Assembly: GCF_009914755.1 (NCBI RefSeq)
Contig: NC_060926.1
Strand: one strand, 5' to 3'
DNA: 64,000 bases
Origin: the human T2T-CHM13v2.0 reference genome, Homo sapiens
This document shows positions 1 through 17,311 of the stretch, one piece after another. The stretch's first letter is position 1. Each line of letters starts with the position of its first letter. The translations under genes were made by a program, and so were the position numbers. The notes beneath the pieces are model-generated. The model was not told where the DNA came from. It searched no databases and saw nothing but the letters and a program-made list of their open reading frames with translations.

Positions 1-2669
1 AATTCTGGGCCGGGCACGGTGGCTCACACCTGTAATCCCAGCACTTCGGGAGGCCAAGGCAAGCAGATCACTTGAGGTCAGGAGTTCGAGACCAGCCTGT
101 CCTACATGACAAAACCCCATCTCCACTAAAAATACAAAAATTAGCCAGGCGTGGTGGTGCACGCCTGTAGTCCCAGCTACTTGGGAGGCTGAGGCAGGAG
201 AATCACTTGAATCCATGAGGCGGGGGTTGCAGTGAGCCAAGATCGCACTACTCCACTTACAGCCTGGGCAACAGAGTGAGACTCTGTCTCAAAAATAAAA
301 TAAAATTCTGCTGTGTTATATTTCAAAATAATGTAAGAAAATTCAAGAAAAACCTCTGGGGTAGTGAGACATGAATAGACCAAGGATAATTGAAAAACAT
401 TTATCTAATGCTAACTTTTCTTATATGCCTGGGTGCATATTCATGGAAGGAGTGTAAATTGACACATTTCTGGTGAACAACTGAGAAAAATATATTACAA
501 TTACCAATTGAAGACCGTTTTGAACATGAGAGTATTTTGTTAGGGCGGGAATGTTTCTTGATGTGTACTTCCAGGCTGAAGTAGCTCTCCTGGTTTAATG
601 CTGCTGGCCTCTCTTCTCCTCCTCACTTGCTTCTCCCTAAGAAAGGAGGGGTGACTCCTCTAATTGTTAAATTTGTAAAGAATAAACTGGGAAGGCCGCA
701 TTCAGCCCATCATCTTCCTAAAACCTGCATGGGGAGACCTATGTTTGAAGAACATTGCCTATGATTAAATGGAAAGAGATCCAGAATTGGGAAGCTCTCT
801 TATCTGCAAATGTAAGCAACATGCTTCAACATCAGCTGTCACCAGTAATGAAGTGACATTTTAATCACCTGTCTGCCTCTTTTGTCTTATTTCCTAATTG
901 GCTTAGAATTTGGGTGAGGATGAGGAGTGTCATTTATTGCTATAAGATCCAAACACACATCTACGGGTTTATCCTACAGACATACTTACATATGTATGAA
1001 GTTACATGTGTACAAGGTTATTCATTGTAGCACTGTTTATAATACCAAAAGACTGAGAGCAATCTGAATGTCCATAGAGAGGATTATTTAAATAAGACAC
1101 TGTTGCACAATGGACTACTATGCAGCCAAAAATATTAGTAAGCTCCAAGATATATTAAAAAAACAGAATCACAAAACAAAAGGTACAGAATTGTGAGTAT
1201 AGTATGCTATAAATTGTGCAAGAAAAAGAAAAATATATAAATATCTGCTAATACCTTCATAGCATATTTCAGAAATAATATATAAGAAATTGGTCAGTTT
1301 ATTTATTTTATTTTGCCTCCAGGGAAGAAAACTTGGTACGTAGGAGCATTTTCTATTTGATACTCCCTAAAGTCACAGAAATCATGGGTGAGTGCAAATT
1401 CAGAGCAGAAATCCTGTGTCTGAAAGTACTATTAAGTACCTGTATCTTTCAAATCTTGTTAGTAGATGGTTACAAATTAATTACTCAATCTTTCTGTCAA
1501 ATCAAAATGCATTTGTACTTATTTAGCTAAGGTGTAAAGTGAAGTGATTATTATAATTTTACTTTTTTTAAAACTTAATTATGTTTCATTAAATTAGCAT
1601 ATAATTGAGTATCTAAATGAAACTTTCAGATAAATAGAATAAAAACAGAGGTACAAGGAGAGTTGCAGTACATGGCAAGTTTCATCGTGAAAAGTTTTTT
1701 ATTTGCCTTATTTTCATTTACTCAAAAAAATACTTATTGAGAGCCTCCTCTGTGCCTTGCTTTAAAAACTCTGGGAAAATGGGAGCAAGACACTCTCTTT
1801 TCTTAGTATGGCCTACTCTAGTAGGGGACACAGATAACAAGTAAACAAGCAGGCCAGGCGCAATAGCTCACACCTGTGATCCCAGCACTTTGGAAGGTCA
1901 AGGCAGGCAGATCACCTGAGGCCAGGAGTTCGAGACCAGCCTGGCCAACATGGTGAAACCCCATGTCTAGTAAAAATACAAAAAAATTATCCAAACATGG
2001 TGGCACACACCTGTAGTCCCAGCTACTTGGGAGGCTGAGGCATGAGATCGCCTAAACCCAGGAGGTGGAGGTTGCAGTGAGCCAATATTGTGCCACTACA
2101 CTCCAGCCTGGGTGACAGAGGAGACCCTGTCTTAAAAAGAAAAAAAAGTAAGCAGTAAGCTAATTTTTTAAGTGATAGTACTAAAAGACAATAACACAGA
2201 GCTATGACAATACAGAGTGGCTAAAATGGGAGAGGAGGAAGGATTATTTTTTCCCAGTTGATTTTCGGGGACAGATACAATTTATTAAAGAAGCATGTAT
2301 AATATGCCCCCCATGCCTACTCCTGTTGTGGGCACTGGGCATAAAGCAACATAGAAGGTTAAATCTTTGCTCTCAAGAAGCTTAAGACATTCCATTGATA
2401 CAGACTGACAATAAACAAACAAGCAAATTGATATTTAATATGCAGAGTCAGATTTACTGTGATACCCCAGGGAGGGCTGGTAATTGCTGAGGGCCATAGA
2501 ATGTTCTAGGTGGCAAGTGGAAGCCAGGTTGCAACAACTACACATTTTTACATAAGCATTTCTAGTAAATTGCCTAAATAAATCCTAGAAGGAAGAACTG
2601 AAGCTCCAAGACTCCAGCAATTTATGATTTATTTTCACATTAATATTCACTTTCATACTTAATTTTTAT

Positions 2670-2946
2670 TTATTTTTATTTTTTTATTTTGTTTTTGAGA
2701 CGGAGGCTTGCTGTCGCCCAGGCTGGAGTACAGTGGCGTGATCTCGGCTCCACTGCAAGCTCCGCCTCCCAGGTTCACGCCATTCTCCTGCCTCAGCCTC
2801 CCAAGTAGCTGGGACTACAGGCGCCTGCTACCATGCCTGGCTAATTCACCGTGTTAGCCAGGATGGTCTCGATCTCATGACCTCGTGATCTGCCCGTCTC
2901 GGCCTCCCAAAGTGCTGGGATTACAGGCGTGAGCCACCGCGCCCAG
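2670..2946 (-). mobile_element. AluY-like element lacking the central A-rich linker
   Basis: Y-type CACTGCAAGCTCCGCC/TTCACGCCATT; sequence jumps GGCTAATT|CACCGTGTTAGCC; TSD TCATACTTAATTTTT on both sides. Confidence 0.85.
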
Positions 2947-2957
2947 CTCATACTTAA

Positions 2958-3320
<363 letters not shown>

Positions 3321-5352
3321 TGATTCCGCCCACCTCAGCCTCCCAAATTGTTGGGATTACAGGCGTGAGCCACCATGTCTGGCTGGTAACAAGTTTTATG
3401 AAAAAAAATCAGAATGAAGGTGATGGAGTAAAATCGTTGTGGGGGAGGTACTATTAATATAAGGTGGTCAGCTACGACCTCTCTAATAGATGATGTTTGT
3501 GCTGAGCCCTGAAGAAGCAAGCCAGAACCTTGGAAACAGTAGGTACAAAGGCCCTGAGGCATGTGTACTGTGAAGCCATCTATAGACTTATTATCTAAGA
3601 GGATGTTCCCTAGGCTAAATTAATTCTTTTAGAATATTTTATATCTCCAAAATCAAGGATCAGTTATATTAATAAATACATACACTTATTAAGCTACCCA
3701 TTTATAAGAAATATAAAAGGTGCATTTTCATGAAAATAGGTTCGTTTTCTTCAGATGAGGCTGGAATTTAGGATTGTACACAGTCTACAGGCTGACTCCT
3801 GCATTCACCCTTGTCTTCTACAGTGATACTCCTGAAATCCTAAAATGATTAAGTTCTGTTTCTATCAGTTGGCCCTCCTAACACTCTGCCTCTAAGAACC
3901 AGAACAAACCACTTTGCATTTTCTGCGAGTCATGCACTGTTTAGACACTAAGGAGGCCTGAGCAGGAAGAATCTGCCGGTTGATAACTCTTAGCTCTGTT
4001 TTTAGAATAAACACACCCATTTAATGAAAACAGTGTGTGCACTGAGTGTTATTTTAAGGGAAACAGAACAGAAAGGAGAGATGGGAGAAAACCAAAAGAG
4101 ATCAAAAGGCTATTAAACAACCTGGAATTAATAATATACTTTTTAAAAAAGTTTCAACCAGAGTATCCTGTTTCTTTGCTGTCTACCTCCTATTTAAAAA
4201 ATGGTCATGACAGAGAAGCATGATGAATTTAACTAGACTACAAGTGTACTGAGGCAGAAGGCAGAGCCTAAGTTTTATTTACTTTTGGATCTTTAGGGTG
4301 AAGCACATGGTAAGCACACCATACATATTTGTGCAATTAGGAATTCATGTTAAACTGTGTGATAGCAACCATAATTATTCTACACCACGTGGTGATAACA
4401 TGGGTTTCATTTTATATATGGATTTCTCATTGTTTTTCCAAGGCCTGCCCACAAAAAAAACCACAAGAAGATGAGGTGAAAAATTCCTAGGCCCTGCCGT
4501 GCAGCCACAGAAAATAGGAACCTGCCTGACTGTGGACATCAAATGAATTTCAAGGCCTGGAACCTGGATAGCATGGTTCACTGAGTCTAAGAATGATCAC
4601 CTTATATGGTAGTATAAGTTGTTTCTGAGCTGATATAACTGGGAATATAGAAGGCAGGGAGCCTGTCATTCTCTGCCTCTTTGACCTAGTAGATAGTTTG
4701 CTGTGCAGAGCTGGCAAGAATGCAAACTTTATGTGTATTCTGGGACATACAAGGGAGGCAATGGGAAGCAACATTTATCCTTCTGCATCTCTATCTTGTT
4801 TATATTCTTTGCTCTGCTTCTTAGTTCATCCAAAACTAAACCAAAGTAAAATCAACTTGAATGAAATCCAAGTCTTTATTCTCTCCATTCCCCAAACCTA
4901 GGCCAGATTCTATGGTCTGATTTTCAGCTTACATTCTATTGTCCAGCTCTGTTTTTACAGTAAACACACACATTTAATAAAAGGTGACAATTTGTGCACA
5001 GCGAGTATTATTTTAAGGGAAGCTATGGGAATATTCTATTGGCCTCAAAGAGCTGACTGTCTACTGAGGCAGATAAAAAGTGTAAAAACCACTACTATCT
5101 CTAAAGTCAAGACAAAGTTAGAGGGTCTAAGACCTATGGTAAACTAGAGGATGTTCAATCCAATAGATGTAATAGTGTAGAAATAGGCCTTTTCAAATCA
5201 TATATATATATTTTTTTTGTTTGTTTGTTTATTTGTTTGTTTTTGAGATGCAGTCTCGCTCTGTCACCCAGGCTAGAGTACAGTACACGATCTCAGCTCA
5301 CTGTAACCTTCAGCTGCCGGGTTCAAGCAATTCTCCTGTCTCATCCTCCTGA

Positions 5353-5517
<165 letters not shown>

Positions 5518-5685
5518 TAATAGGATTTTAAAACACAACAAAAGATTCCCCAGTTTAACTCCAGACCTTCTCTGAGCCTGCGGCAGAGCAGCTAAACACT
5601 GGAACAGTGCCTTAAATTTCTGGTATGGAATTCTTTTTTTTTTTTTTTTTTTTGAGATGGAGTCTCACTCTGTCGCCAGGTATAG

Positions 5686-5868
<183 letters not shown>

Positions 5869-7232
5869 TGATCCGCCAGCCCCAGCCTCCCAAAGTGCTG
5901 AGATTACAGCCATGAGCCACAGTGCCAGGCCTCACATCACCACTTTCAAACTATCCTCCTTCCTCAAAAGCCCCACCTCTTTGTGTCTACATTCTAATGA
6001 TCACCCAGTCACACCCCTCATTCACTGAAGACTTGACTCCTAGCTCACTGTCTTCCTCTTCATCCTGACTGGCGTCCTCATTTTTATCCAGATAGCCTCC
6101 CATCTGACACCTGGGGTCCTCAACCCACCAACCTCACTGCTTTTTTTTTTTTTTTTTTTTTAACTCTTATGTCTATTCTGTGTTCATTCTCTCCCTTATC
6201 CACCTTTGATGTCCTGGTCGTCATTATGAAAAGCAATTGTACTTCTTTTATATTCACTTGCCCATCTGAGTATAACTTCTCTGGGCCTGCACCAGAGCAG
6301 CCAAACACTGGCACAGTGCTTTAAATTTCTGACCACAAAGCTGAAACACTCTATATCTGCTCCATAATCCTAAAAGGTTTTCCTAGTAAGATTAATATTT
6401 TGCTCTCTGAGTCAACTATTTTATATCTTTTTTTTTCCTAAAAATTTCAACCTTCCTCTTTTTTTCCTTTCCTTTTTTTCCCTTTCTTTTTCTAAGATAA
6501 ATACTGTAGAACATAAACCCTTCCTCATTGGCCCCACTCTCACATACTTTACTGAAAAAACATAAGCAACTAAACAGGAACTCTATTCTTCTAACCACCA
6601 AATCTTTCTACACTTGTGTCAATATTTCCTGTTCTCCCACTTGTTGTAATTCAAATGCCATCGCCCTATCGAAGCAGTCATGCTCTGGATTCTATCTTCT
6701 CTTATTTTCTCAAGGACATCACTCTTGCAATTGTCCCCGCTCTCATAGATCACCAGTTTCTCCCTTTATTATGTGAAATTTGCAATTCTTAAACTACCAT
6801 CTTTTTTTTTTTTTTTTGAGATGGAGTCTTGCTCTGTCACCCATGTTGGAATACAGTGGTGCAATCTTGGCTCACTGAAACCTCCGCCTCCAGGATTCAA
6901 GAGATTCTCCTGCCTCAGCCTCCTGAGTAGTTGAGACTACAGCACATGCCACCACATCTGGCTAATTTTTTTTATTTTTGTATTTTTAGTAGAGTAGAGG
7001 GTTTCCCCATATTTGTTAGGCTGGTCTTGAACTCCTGACCTCAGGTGATCCACCCGCCTCGGCCTTCCAAAGTGCTGGGATTACAGGTGCACATCACCAT
7101 GCCTGGCCTTAAACTATCATCCTTTAAAAAACCCTATTGGTGAAAAGATCCTCAGTTCCAGCTGGGCGCGGTGGCTCACACCTGCAATCCCAGTACTTTG
7201 GGAGGCCGAAGCAGGCAGATCACTTGAAGTCA

Positions 7233-7673
<441 letters not shown>

Positions 7674-9174
7674 CTACTCCGGGCTTCCACCCTCATCACA
7701 TCACTGAAACTACTGTTATCAGGTCATCTGTGACTTACATGTTGCCAAATTCAGTAGATACTTCTTTTTCCTCATTTTGCCTGAGTCTTGTGCAAACTGA
7801 TCTGATCCACTTTGACCCTTCTCAATTATTAGCTTCTTTTTGTAGGTATCAGTAGCCTCCAGTACATGTAGGTAAATGAGGGCTATGGGTCTCTTTTGAT
7901 TCTGAGCTGGGTACTTTATGAAGAACATTTTAGCAAACTACTAATTAGCCTCCCTTATAAACATAAAATCTTGAATTTTTCATTCTTCCAATTTATGTCT
8001 TCCCCCAGAAACACTGATTCCAATGATTCATTCTGAGGTTCTGGCTACTGCTACCCCAAATTCCCGAATTAGCGCCCTATTTCCACTGTCACCATACTTC
8101 ACCATATACTTCTCCACTGCAAGTGGAGATGTACTACTAAAACCTTTGATTTTTCTACCTTGTTGACTCTTCTAAAAATGATTGGTTTTCAAGAAGAGTT
8201 ATCACTTAGGATCTGTCATCTATAAATGATTATTGATTTTGATGATTTCTGAAGAATGAATTAATTGTTGTGATAGTGTATGATTGTCTGCTGCCCTACT
8301 CCACTGGCTGAGAGACCCATCAGTATCTAAGAGAACTTATCAGTTCAGTAGGGTCAGGGCTCTATTAACTTCTTAGATGGTGCTATTTAGTGCCATGCTT
8401 AGCACTGTTGGACTTGCAGCCAAACTAATTGGTTACTCTTGAACAATATTAAGAAACCAACTCATTATTCTAAAAATTGGCGAAGGGAGAAAATCAAGCA
8501 CTTATCTTCTTTTACTTGTATGTACATCAAGGAAACCAAATTGTGAATATGGTACTTTTTTTTTTTTATGAGAGAGGGTCTTGCTTTCTCACCAAGGCTG
8601 GAGTGCAATGTGCAATGGCCTGTTCACACACACACTGCCTGGGCTCAATTGATCCTCCCACTTCAGCCTCCCGGGTAGCTGGAACTACAGATGCTTGCCA
8701 CCATGCTCAGCATTTTTTTTTTTTGTATTTTTTTGTAGAGATGGGGGTTTCACCATGTTGCCCAGGCTGGTCTCGAACTCCTGTAGTCAAGTGATCCACC
8801 CGTCTTGGCCTCCCAAAGTGCTGGGATTATAGGTGTGAGCCACCGCACCCAGTCAATTTTTTTTTTTTTTTTGAGACAGAGTCTCACTGTCACCCAGGCT
8901 GGAGTGCAGTGGTGCAATCTTGGCTCACCACAACCTCTGCCTCCCGGGTCAAGCGATTCTCCTACCTCAGCCTCCTGAGTAGCTGAGATTACAGGTGCAC
9001 ACCAACACCACCACGCCAGGCTGATTTTTGTCTTTTTACTAGAGACAGGGTTTCACCATGTTGGTCAGGCTGGTCTCGAACTCCTGACCTCATGATCTGC
9101 CCACCTCTGCCTCCAAAAGTGCTGGGATTACAGGCGTGAGCCACCGCGCCCCACCCCAATTTTTTTTTTTTTAA

Positions 9175-10075
9175 CCGAAGAACTCCAGCTAGTGAATGCA
9201 GAAGAAATGACAGACTATTACTATTTTGACACTTGAATGAAATAATGGATCTAGGCAATGATTATTGATAGCTGCTGAAATCATTAGGTGAGAGGCTGAT
9301 GAGGAACTTTATAATGATGGATCAGGCTGACAACACTTGAACCCACCGATTAATTTTAATATTCCAAAAAGAGAGGCAAACAGACATTATGTACTTACTG
9401 GTGTGATGCAATAAGAACACAGCATCGCCTATGAAGCACTCTTCCAAAAATATCTAGCCTAAATCTTATCAAGCCTCTAGACCTAATTTTCAGTTTATGT
9501 GAAATACACAAGATGGAGAAATGTGTTAAATAACACCTCAGGATACAATTAATCAAATCCGGAAAGTAACAAATTCTATAGGGAAAATGACTTGATTTCA
9601 TCAACAAATAAATGGCAAGAAAAGCAGAAGAAACTATAGGTTGAAAGAAATTTAAGAGCCATTGTATATATCACAATGCAACATGTGAATAGCATTTGGA
9701 TCCTGATTTGCGTAATGCAACTTAAAAAATATTTATAAGACAATAAAAAATTTAAATACTGACTGGATATTTGATGACTGAGTAATTTTGTTAATTTGTT
9801 GGGTATGATAATGGTAAATATGGTTATATATTTTTAAAAAGAGTCCTTATTCTTAAAGATACATAGATAAGACTTTGTAGATTAAATCAATATGTCTGTC
9901 ATTTGCTCTAAAATAATCTTATGAGGGCTTTGGGAAGTGGTTTGGCATGTAGATAAAATAAGACTGCACATATGCTGATGCATGTGGAAGGTGGATGATG
10001 GCTATTCAGAGGGTTATTATACTATTTATATTACACTTTTTACTTTTGAAATATGCTTGAAAATTTCTATAATAA
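9175..10075 (+). mobile_element. Old L1M (L1MC/ME-type) 3' region fragment
   Basis: Degenerate L1M 3' UTR-like sequence (TACTGACTGGATATTTGATGA...GGGTATGATAATGG...GAGTCCTTAT) ending in an A-rich tail. Confidence 0.6.
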
Positions 10076-10150
10076 AAAGAAAACAAGCAAGAAAAAAAAA
10101 AATCCAAACTCGAAACCAAAAAGCTTGCAACCCTCTGAGCTCTCCCCTTA

Positions 10151-10483
<333 letters not shown>

Positions 10484-12124
10484 CTATGAATGGTTTATTT
10501 TTGGACCCCTGATTCTCTCAAAATTCCCATGGCTTTTTCAAGTTAGCGTATTGCTTCATTTCTGTTTTTGAGTGATGAGGGTAGAATTATTTCCTCTGGG
10601 ATTTTCCTACTAATTGCAGTCAGTAATGCTTACCAATGTATGGATTAAGGCTTTCCTCCCAGTAGGAGGTGCTACCTCAAAGTATGGTGGCAGCTTAGCC
10701 TTTAGAGTAAGTGCCAAAGGCCTTCCAGTGCTGCTCCAGTCTCCACACTGCTTTCCTGGGACCTCTGCATCACAGTGACATTTTTAGAATAGATTTGCTT
10801 CTGGAATAATTTTCCACCAATTTGCTGCCAAAATTGTGTGGGCCAGATTTCCTCCAGACTACAATTTACCCATCTCAGCTGGTTCTGCTTTTTTCCCCTT
10901 CTTTCCTTAATGAGGTTTGTAGACTCTTTTAAATATTCTTGGTTTGACATGGTGGCTCACACCTGTAATCCCAGCACTTTGGGAGGCTGAGGCAGGAGGA
11001 TTGGTTGAGGCCAGGTGTTCGAGACTAGCTTGGGCAACATGGCAAGACCCTGTCTCTACAAAAAAATACAAAAATTAGCCAGGTGAGGTGGTCTGAACCT
11101 GTGGTCCCAGCTACTCAGGAAGCTGAGGGTGGGATGGTCACTTGAGCTCAGGAAGTTAAGGCTACAGCAAGCTATGATTGTGCCACTGCGCTCCAGCCTG
11201 GATGACAGAATGAGACCCTGTCATATGTGTGTTTATGTTTGTGTGTGTTGGACTTGCATATATATATCAAACATGCACGCCAGTCTTCTACCCTAGGGAG
11301 AGTGCTTCATGTTCTTATTTCATTGCCATTGCTGTTACTGTTGAAGTTTGCCCAGCCCTGTTTCTTTAGTGTGTATTCTGAACGAGGTCACATCAGAATT
11401 TGTGGGTCATAGTATTAAATGCAATTTGGGGAAAGAGGGACTCTTTAGGAAAAATAATACCAAATTATGGATACAAAATTAGGCAGGAGGCCAGGCGTGG
11501 TGGCTCACGCCTGTAATCCCAGTACTTTCAGAGGCTGAGGCGGGCTGATCACCTGAGGTCAGGAATTCAAGACCAGCCTGTCCAACATGGTGAAACCCCG
11601 TCTCTACTAAAAATACAAAAATTAGCTGGGCATGGTGTGGCATGCCTGTAGTCCCAGTATTGAGGAGGCTGAGGCAAGAGAATCGCCTGAACCCGGGAGA
11701 CTGAGGTTGCAGTGAGATCGCGCCATTGCACTCCAGCCTGGGTAACAGAACGAGACTCTGTCTCAAAAAAAAAAAAAAATAGGAAAATGAATATATATTT
11801 AGAATAAATAGGTAAATCACAACAAAGGCAAATAGCACAAGCATCACAAAATCCAGGACAAAAAACTACTTGAACGTAATTAACTGCCAGAAACCTTCCC
11901 ATATTTTTCCCTACATTCTTTAGCCACATAGACTTTGGTTACTCTTCAATTTTGTAACATTTTTTACAGAGAGAGTATTTTCAATGGAGAGGGTGTAAGG
12001 ATAATTTACTTTTTTCTGGAATAATTAGAATTCCTCTAGAAAGTTTTTTTTAAATTATTGGTTGTTTAGAAAAGTGTCAGCTTAATAAGTTGTTATTGGT
12101 GATGTCTTACAAATATGTAAGAGT

Positions 12125-12146
12125 TCCCTGGTGGTCTAGTGGCTAG
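12125..12146 (+). pseudogene. Retroposed 5' fragment (nt 1-22) of tRNA-Glu with A-rich tail
   Basis: TCCCTGGTGGTCTAGTGGCTAG matches the 5' end of human tRNA-Glu; followed by AAAAAATTTAAAAAAGAAAAAA; flanked by ATATGTAAGAGT (12113-12124) / ATATTTAAGAGT (12170-12181). Confidence 0.75.
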
Positions 12147-12373
12147 AAAAAATTTAAAAAAGAAAAAATATATTTAAGAGTATTACAAATTTGAGGACAC
12201 TTTTGTAAGTCTTTTTCACATATGAGTGGTAAGATTTCAGGATGTGTAAGTGTACTTCAGGGCACTCATTAAACAGTTTGTCATCAATGTCATTAAAATG
12301 GTGTATCATGGTCCAGGCGCGGTGGCTCACGCCTATAATCCCAGCACTTTGGGAGGCCAAGGTGGGCAGATCA

Positions 12374-12616
<243 letters not shown>

Positions 12617-12628
12617 TTATGATTTTAG

Positions 12629-12880
<252 letters not shown>

Positions 12881-14689
12881 TGAACTCATGATCTGCCTGC
12901 CTCAGCCTCCCAAAGTGCTGGGATTACAGGTGTGAGCCACCACACCCGGCCAATCTCATTATTTTCAAATAATAAAAAATTTTAATTTTTTCCAATATAT
13001 TCTTATGATTTGCTCCACTTTGTTATTTGGATTATACACAATCCAAGAAGCTTATTCATTTCTTTTTTGAAATTTATTTATTCTTAATGAATTACTGATA
13101 TTGGTATGATTTGAAAACTTCTCTCTTATAATTTGCTTCTTGAATACAGAATAATCTCCACTGATTTTGTCATTCATGTTTATGACTTTAGCTTCATATT
13201 CTATTAATTTTATCTGTTTTTTCAGTTCTTAAACTAGGAACTGTAATTTCTTCACATCTTATTAAAATGTTTAAAAATGCCTGCTCAAATTACATTTATA
13301 GTGGTTTATTCTCAATTCAACTTCTTTTTAGACAGAAACTCAAAATACTTGTGTCACTTCAGCACCATTTAACACTGGGGAAGTGGAATGGAGGGAGATT
13401 TGAAATGGAAGAACAACAGGTGTTTGATGATTTTGGTTAAAATATCTTTTACAAATTTAACAAAACCATATGACCTTATGAACACATTATTAGGATCCCT
13501 CCCAGGTCCTTGGAAAGGGCCAATATAATGGAGGGGTCCTGAAGCTTAAACTTTATTGGCTTCACTGCAAACCCTTCTCTGATCTTGAGTACGTAACACA
13601 CATCCACTCTTCCTCTTTTTGGACTAAGTGTTTTCCTGTGTTTTGTGTGCTAGATCTTCTTTTTCTCCTCCAGATACATTCTCCACCAGCTCCTTCTCTA
13701 CCAGGAGGCTGATCTACGCAGAGGAGAGCACTAACAACAGAGTGGGGGAGGGGGGCATTCACTCCAGCCTTCATTCCCCTGGCTCCATTCCTGCAGGGTT
13801 GGCATGGCTTGGATGCATCCTCAGGGACCTCTCCGTACAGTCGTCTTTCTCACCAGTGACTAGCTCCTCCTTTCGCTCCGCCACCCTCCCCTTGGGATGG
13901 TAATGGAGCCCTCAATATTACTAACTTTGGGGTACCACAGTATCCCTCAGAATTTACTTATGCCCTTCCCACACCTTTGTAAAAAGTAGTTTATTACATT
14001 TTCCTGCTGCCAGACGATCATGGTAGCACATACCTGTAATCCCAGCTAGTCAGGAGGCTGAGGAGGGAGGATCCATAGAGCCCAAGAGTTTGAGACCCCA
14101 TCTCAAAAAAAAAAAAAAATCTTGCTGAGACTCTGATACAGTTTGTAACATCAACCTTGTGTAGGCAGTAACTTCACTGTACATTTAACTTCCTCTAAAA
14201 TCATTTTTAATTACTGTCTTTATTTTCAAGGGATCAGCATAGTCTTACCCCTAAGGTGGATATGATCAAAGGAGAATTATCTTCTATCTGCTTAGTACCT
14301 GGATTTTTTATGTGGCTATTTTCATTTCTTTAAAAAAATCTCATTCTAGGCAGGGCACAGTAGCTCACACCTGTAATCCCAGCACTTTGGAAGACCAAGG
14401 TGGGAGGATTGCTTGAGGCCAGGAGTTCATGACCAGCCTGAGCAATACAGTGAGACTCTGTCTCTACAAAAGAATTTAAAAATTATCTGGGTGTGTGTGG
14501 TAGCATGAGCCTTGTAGTCCCAGCTACTCTGGAGGCTAACTAAGATGGGAGGATCACCTGAGCCCAGGAGTTCAAGGCTGCAGGAAGCCATGATCATACC
14601 ACTGCACTCCAACCTGGGCAACAGAGCTAGACCTTGTTTCAAAAAAAAAAAAAAAAGCTATTTTTTAAAATTTGGATAACCATTCTAGA

Positions 14690-15482
14690 ATTAGAATTAG
14701 ACGTGGTAACAATCTTTTCAACAAATTTTGCTGGAGCAATTATTGTTCATCCATATAGAAAAAGAAGGAACTTTGCCATCTGCCTTATATTATGCCCCAA
14801 AATTAATTTAACGTGAATCATACAACTAAATGTGAAAATAAAACAATACAGATTCTAAAAGAAATTAGGGGAGAATATCTCTGAACATTTGGAGTAGGCA
14901 ATGATTTTTTAAATGCAACATAAAAAGCACTAATTATCCAAAGATACCAATAGGAGAGTGAAAAAGAAAGCCGTAGACTGGGGGGAAGAAATCCACAATT
15001 CCTACATCTGATGTAACCTTCATATCCAGATTCATATAAAGAATCCTAATTGATAAAATTGGAAGAATTGATAAAACTGGTAATCCTAATTGATAAAATT
15101 GGAAGCATCCTAATTTATAAAAATCCTAATTGATAAAATTGGTAAAAATTAATTAAAAAAACACACACTTTTTTTTTTTAAGAGACACATCTGGCTAATT
15201 TTTAAATTATTTTTTGTAGATTCAAGGTCTGGGTCTCACTATGTTGCCCGGGCTGGTCTCAAACTCCTGGCCTCCCAAAGTGCTGGGATTACAGTCGTGA
15301 GCCACCGCTTCTGGCCAACTCTCACAATCTTTAAATGGGCAAGGCCCTGAACAAAGGAGGACATCAAATGGCAAATGTGCATCTGAAAAGGTGCTTAACA
15401 TTGTAAATCAAGGAAATGCAAATTAAAGGCGCAATGAGATACCACCACACCACCATGTGGCCAAAATTTAAGAGAATGACAG
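14690..15482 (+). mobile_element. Old L1M ORF2/3' fragment (host of the CYB5A retrocopy; resumes at about 17312)
   Basis: L1 ORF2-like remnants (CAAATGGCAAAT...GGAAATGCAAATTAAAG.GCAATGAGATACCAC); L1-like sequence continues after 17318 (CATTGCTGGTG...ACCACTTTGGAAA). Confidence 0.65.
15043..15145. repeat. Degenerate minisatellite, unit about AATCCTAATTGATAAAATTGG (about 20 bp, 4-5 copies)
   Basis: AATCCTAATTGATAAAATTGG occurs three times with partial copies between. Confidence 0.85.

Positions 15483-17311
<1,829 letters not shown>

Noticed and set aside
575-811. Possible exon (TTCCAG| ... AAT|GTAAGC) in unique sequence, perhaps from an upstream gene or pseudogene
   Set aside because: Stops in all three frames and no protein similarity I can recognise; splice signals alone are insufficient.
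7950-8545. Unique-looking segment examined for pseudogene exons (also 10480-10930)
   Set aside because: No sustained ORF or recognisable protein motif on either strand by eye.
12125-12146. Functional tRNA-Glu gene
   Set aside because: Only 22 nt; no anticodon arm, B box or 3' acceptor strand.
15043-15145. Repeat-spacer-like array suggestive of CRISPR
   Set aside because: Eukaryotic context, no unique spacers, no cas genes; a simple minisatellite.
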